Position numbers and translations under genes: made by a program. Positions 29,116 to 30,276 of a DNA stretch of 30,276 nt are shown piece by piece (the stretch's first letter is position 1; each line of letters opens with the position of its first letter). The notes under the pieces were generated by a model. That model was not told the origin of the DNA. It saw nothing but the letters and a program-made list of their open reading frames with translations, and made no database searches. The DNA lies in NCBI GenBank assembly GCA_026390535.1, contig JAPLFT010000027.1, positions 1 through 30,276 of the forward strand, given 5' to 3'. The stretch is from Pseudomonadota bacterium. Lineage in GTDB: Bacteria > Bdellovibrionota > JAFGOL01.

Positions 29116-29208
29116 ACGAGCCAAAGAGTAACTAACAAAGGTAAGAAATCATGTCAACATATTAATTCCAGCTGGATTATCTGACATTTAGATAGTAAAA
29201 ATAGACGT

Positions 29209-29883
29209 ATGAATAAGCTTAAAAATGACATAGTCAAAGTCTGCAAAATGATGCATTCCAAGGGCTTCATATGTGCTACTGACGGGAATGTAAGCGTAAA
29301 GCTCTCTAAGAATGCATATCTGATAACACGAAGCGGCATAAACAAGGGCTTTATGTGTGAGGACGACATTATCCTCATAAATGATGAAGGGAAGGTAATA
29401 GAAGGAGGGAAAGATTACAATGTTTCTACAGAGTGGAGAATGCATTTAAAAGCATATGAAATTAGAGAAGATATTAATGCCGTTATCCATGCTCACCCGC
29501 CATATATTACAGCTTATACAATCGCAGGATTGGAAATACCTTCAACAATATTGCCGGAGATCGTACTTACGATGGGAAATATTCCTGTTACCAGATACTC
29601 AATACCTACCAGTCCTGAAAACGCACAACTCATAGAACAGTATATAGCAAAGTACAATGCCATCGTTTTAAGTCATCATGGTACGCTTACTGTCGGAAAA
29701 GATGTCTTTTCCGCATATAACAAACTTGAACAGCTTGAATATACCGCGACCGCGGGAATAGCTGCAACTATACTCGGTGGGTGTAACAGCCTCCCATCGA
29801 ACGAAATAGAAAAACTTTTTAAAATGGGAAAAGAAATGGGTCTTCTTTCCAAAGAATGTGATTGTGCCAAATTAGAAAAATAA
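29209..29883 (+). CDS. Class II aldolase/adducin family protein (L-fuculose-phosphate aldolase-like)
   Basis: ATDGNVS, ITRSG, STEWRMH, HAHP, HHGTL. Confidence 0.9.
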   Translation: MNKLKNDIVKVCKMMHSKGFICATDGNVSVKLSKNAYLITRSGINKGFMCEDDIILINDEGKVIEGGKDYNVSTEWRMHLKAYEIREDINAVIHAHPPYITAYTIAGLEIPSTILPEIVLTMGNIPVTRYSIPTSPENAQLIEQYIAKYNAIVLSHHGTLTVGKDVFSAYNKLEQLEYTATAGIAATILGGCNSLPSNEIEKLFKMGKEMGLLSKECDCAKLEK

Positions 29884-30276
29884 AATAGTAGAACTTATAA
29901 TCTCTTTTTCTTTCAATTCAAGAATTACTACTGATGCCTGACCGGCAGGAATGGAATTGTTCGGATTAGCAGCCCCCGGGTTTATAAAAAGGTTTTTTCC
30001 CTCGTAAAAACTTTCCGGCAGATGAGTATGTCCCTGTACAATAATATCAAAATCCCTTTTGCTTATGATTTCATTATGGGACAGATGGATTTTTAATCCC
30101 TCCACTATAAGCGTTACCTCTTTTGGTATCTTACTTCTGATCTTGAGGCTGTCAGTATTACCGTATACAGCCGTCGTCTTTGCAATAGTTTCAAGTTGAG
30201 TTAGTACGTCTTCTTCCCCTATATCTCCAGCATGAAGAATAAGATTGACCCCTTTATATAGATCAAAGATCCTGTT
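29872..30276 (-). CDS. Metallophosphoesterase (YfcE/MJ0936 family), 5'-truncated by the window edge
   Basis: Frame is open from the window end: ILHAGDIG, AVYGNTD, HLSH, QGHTH, INPG. Confidence 0.88.
   Translation of the reverse strand, partial: NRIFDLYKGVNLILHAGDIGEEDVLTQLETIAKTTAVYGNTDSLKIRSKIPKEVTLIVEGLKIHLSHNEIISKRDFDIIVQGHTHLPESFYEGKNLFINPGAANPNNSIPAGQASVVILELKEKEIISSTILFF

Noticed and set aside
29167-29194. Short palindromes (TCCAGCTGGA; TATCT-N7-AGATA) between tRNA-Lys and the aldolase gene
   Set aside because: Too short to assign to a regulator, and not seen repeated elsewhere.
57-29870. Many short antisense or overlapping ORFs in the six-frame track (e.g. 145-429, 1272-1733, 8618-8971, 21462-21764)
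   Set aside because: They are shadows of well-supported genes on the other strand or frame, with no RBS or recognisable motifs.
29935-29949. GCCTGACCGGCAGG palindrome-like sequence within the phosphoesterase gene
   Set aside because: Only a 4-bp stem in a single occurrence, explicable as ordinary codons in a variable loop.

Overview
Low-GC bacterial chromosomal window from a diderm organism (OmpA domain, lipoproteins, many signal peptides); a deltaproteobacteria/Bdellovibrionota-like origin is only an impression. The left third is housekeeping: recX (5'-truncated), alaS, PBP1A, uvrA and a U32 protein. The rest is a mixed accessory region rich in secreted proteins and lipoproteins, plus rmuC, rlmI, a nitroreductase, a radical SAM/SPASM protein, lsrF with a Zn-dehydrogenase, tRNA-Lys/tRNA-Glu, a class II aldolase and a 5'-truncated metallophosphoesterase. 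Two things stand out. (1) Four otherwise well-conserved genes are broken: PBP1A has two frameshifting junctions where conserved segments are missing, one containing the catalytic SxxK motif; uvrA has an in-frame TAA; rmuC has a frameshifting deletion; and an S1/P1 nuclease has TAG, TGA and an 11-bp duplication. This is either real decay or an assembly artefact, and only reads can decide. (2) A non-coding, multi-branched palindromic element ends 10 nt from the tRNA-Glu 3' end, with cGNAg/cGNNAg loops on one strand. A shorter degenerate copy lies 2.1 kb away in the same orientation, and the pair brackets a GC-richer clostripain-like gene. No integrase, transposase, reverse transcriptase, CRISPR array or rRNA was found. 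I cannot show a complete new system from sequence alone; these two leads are the best candidates.
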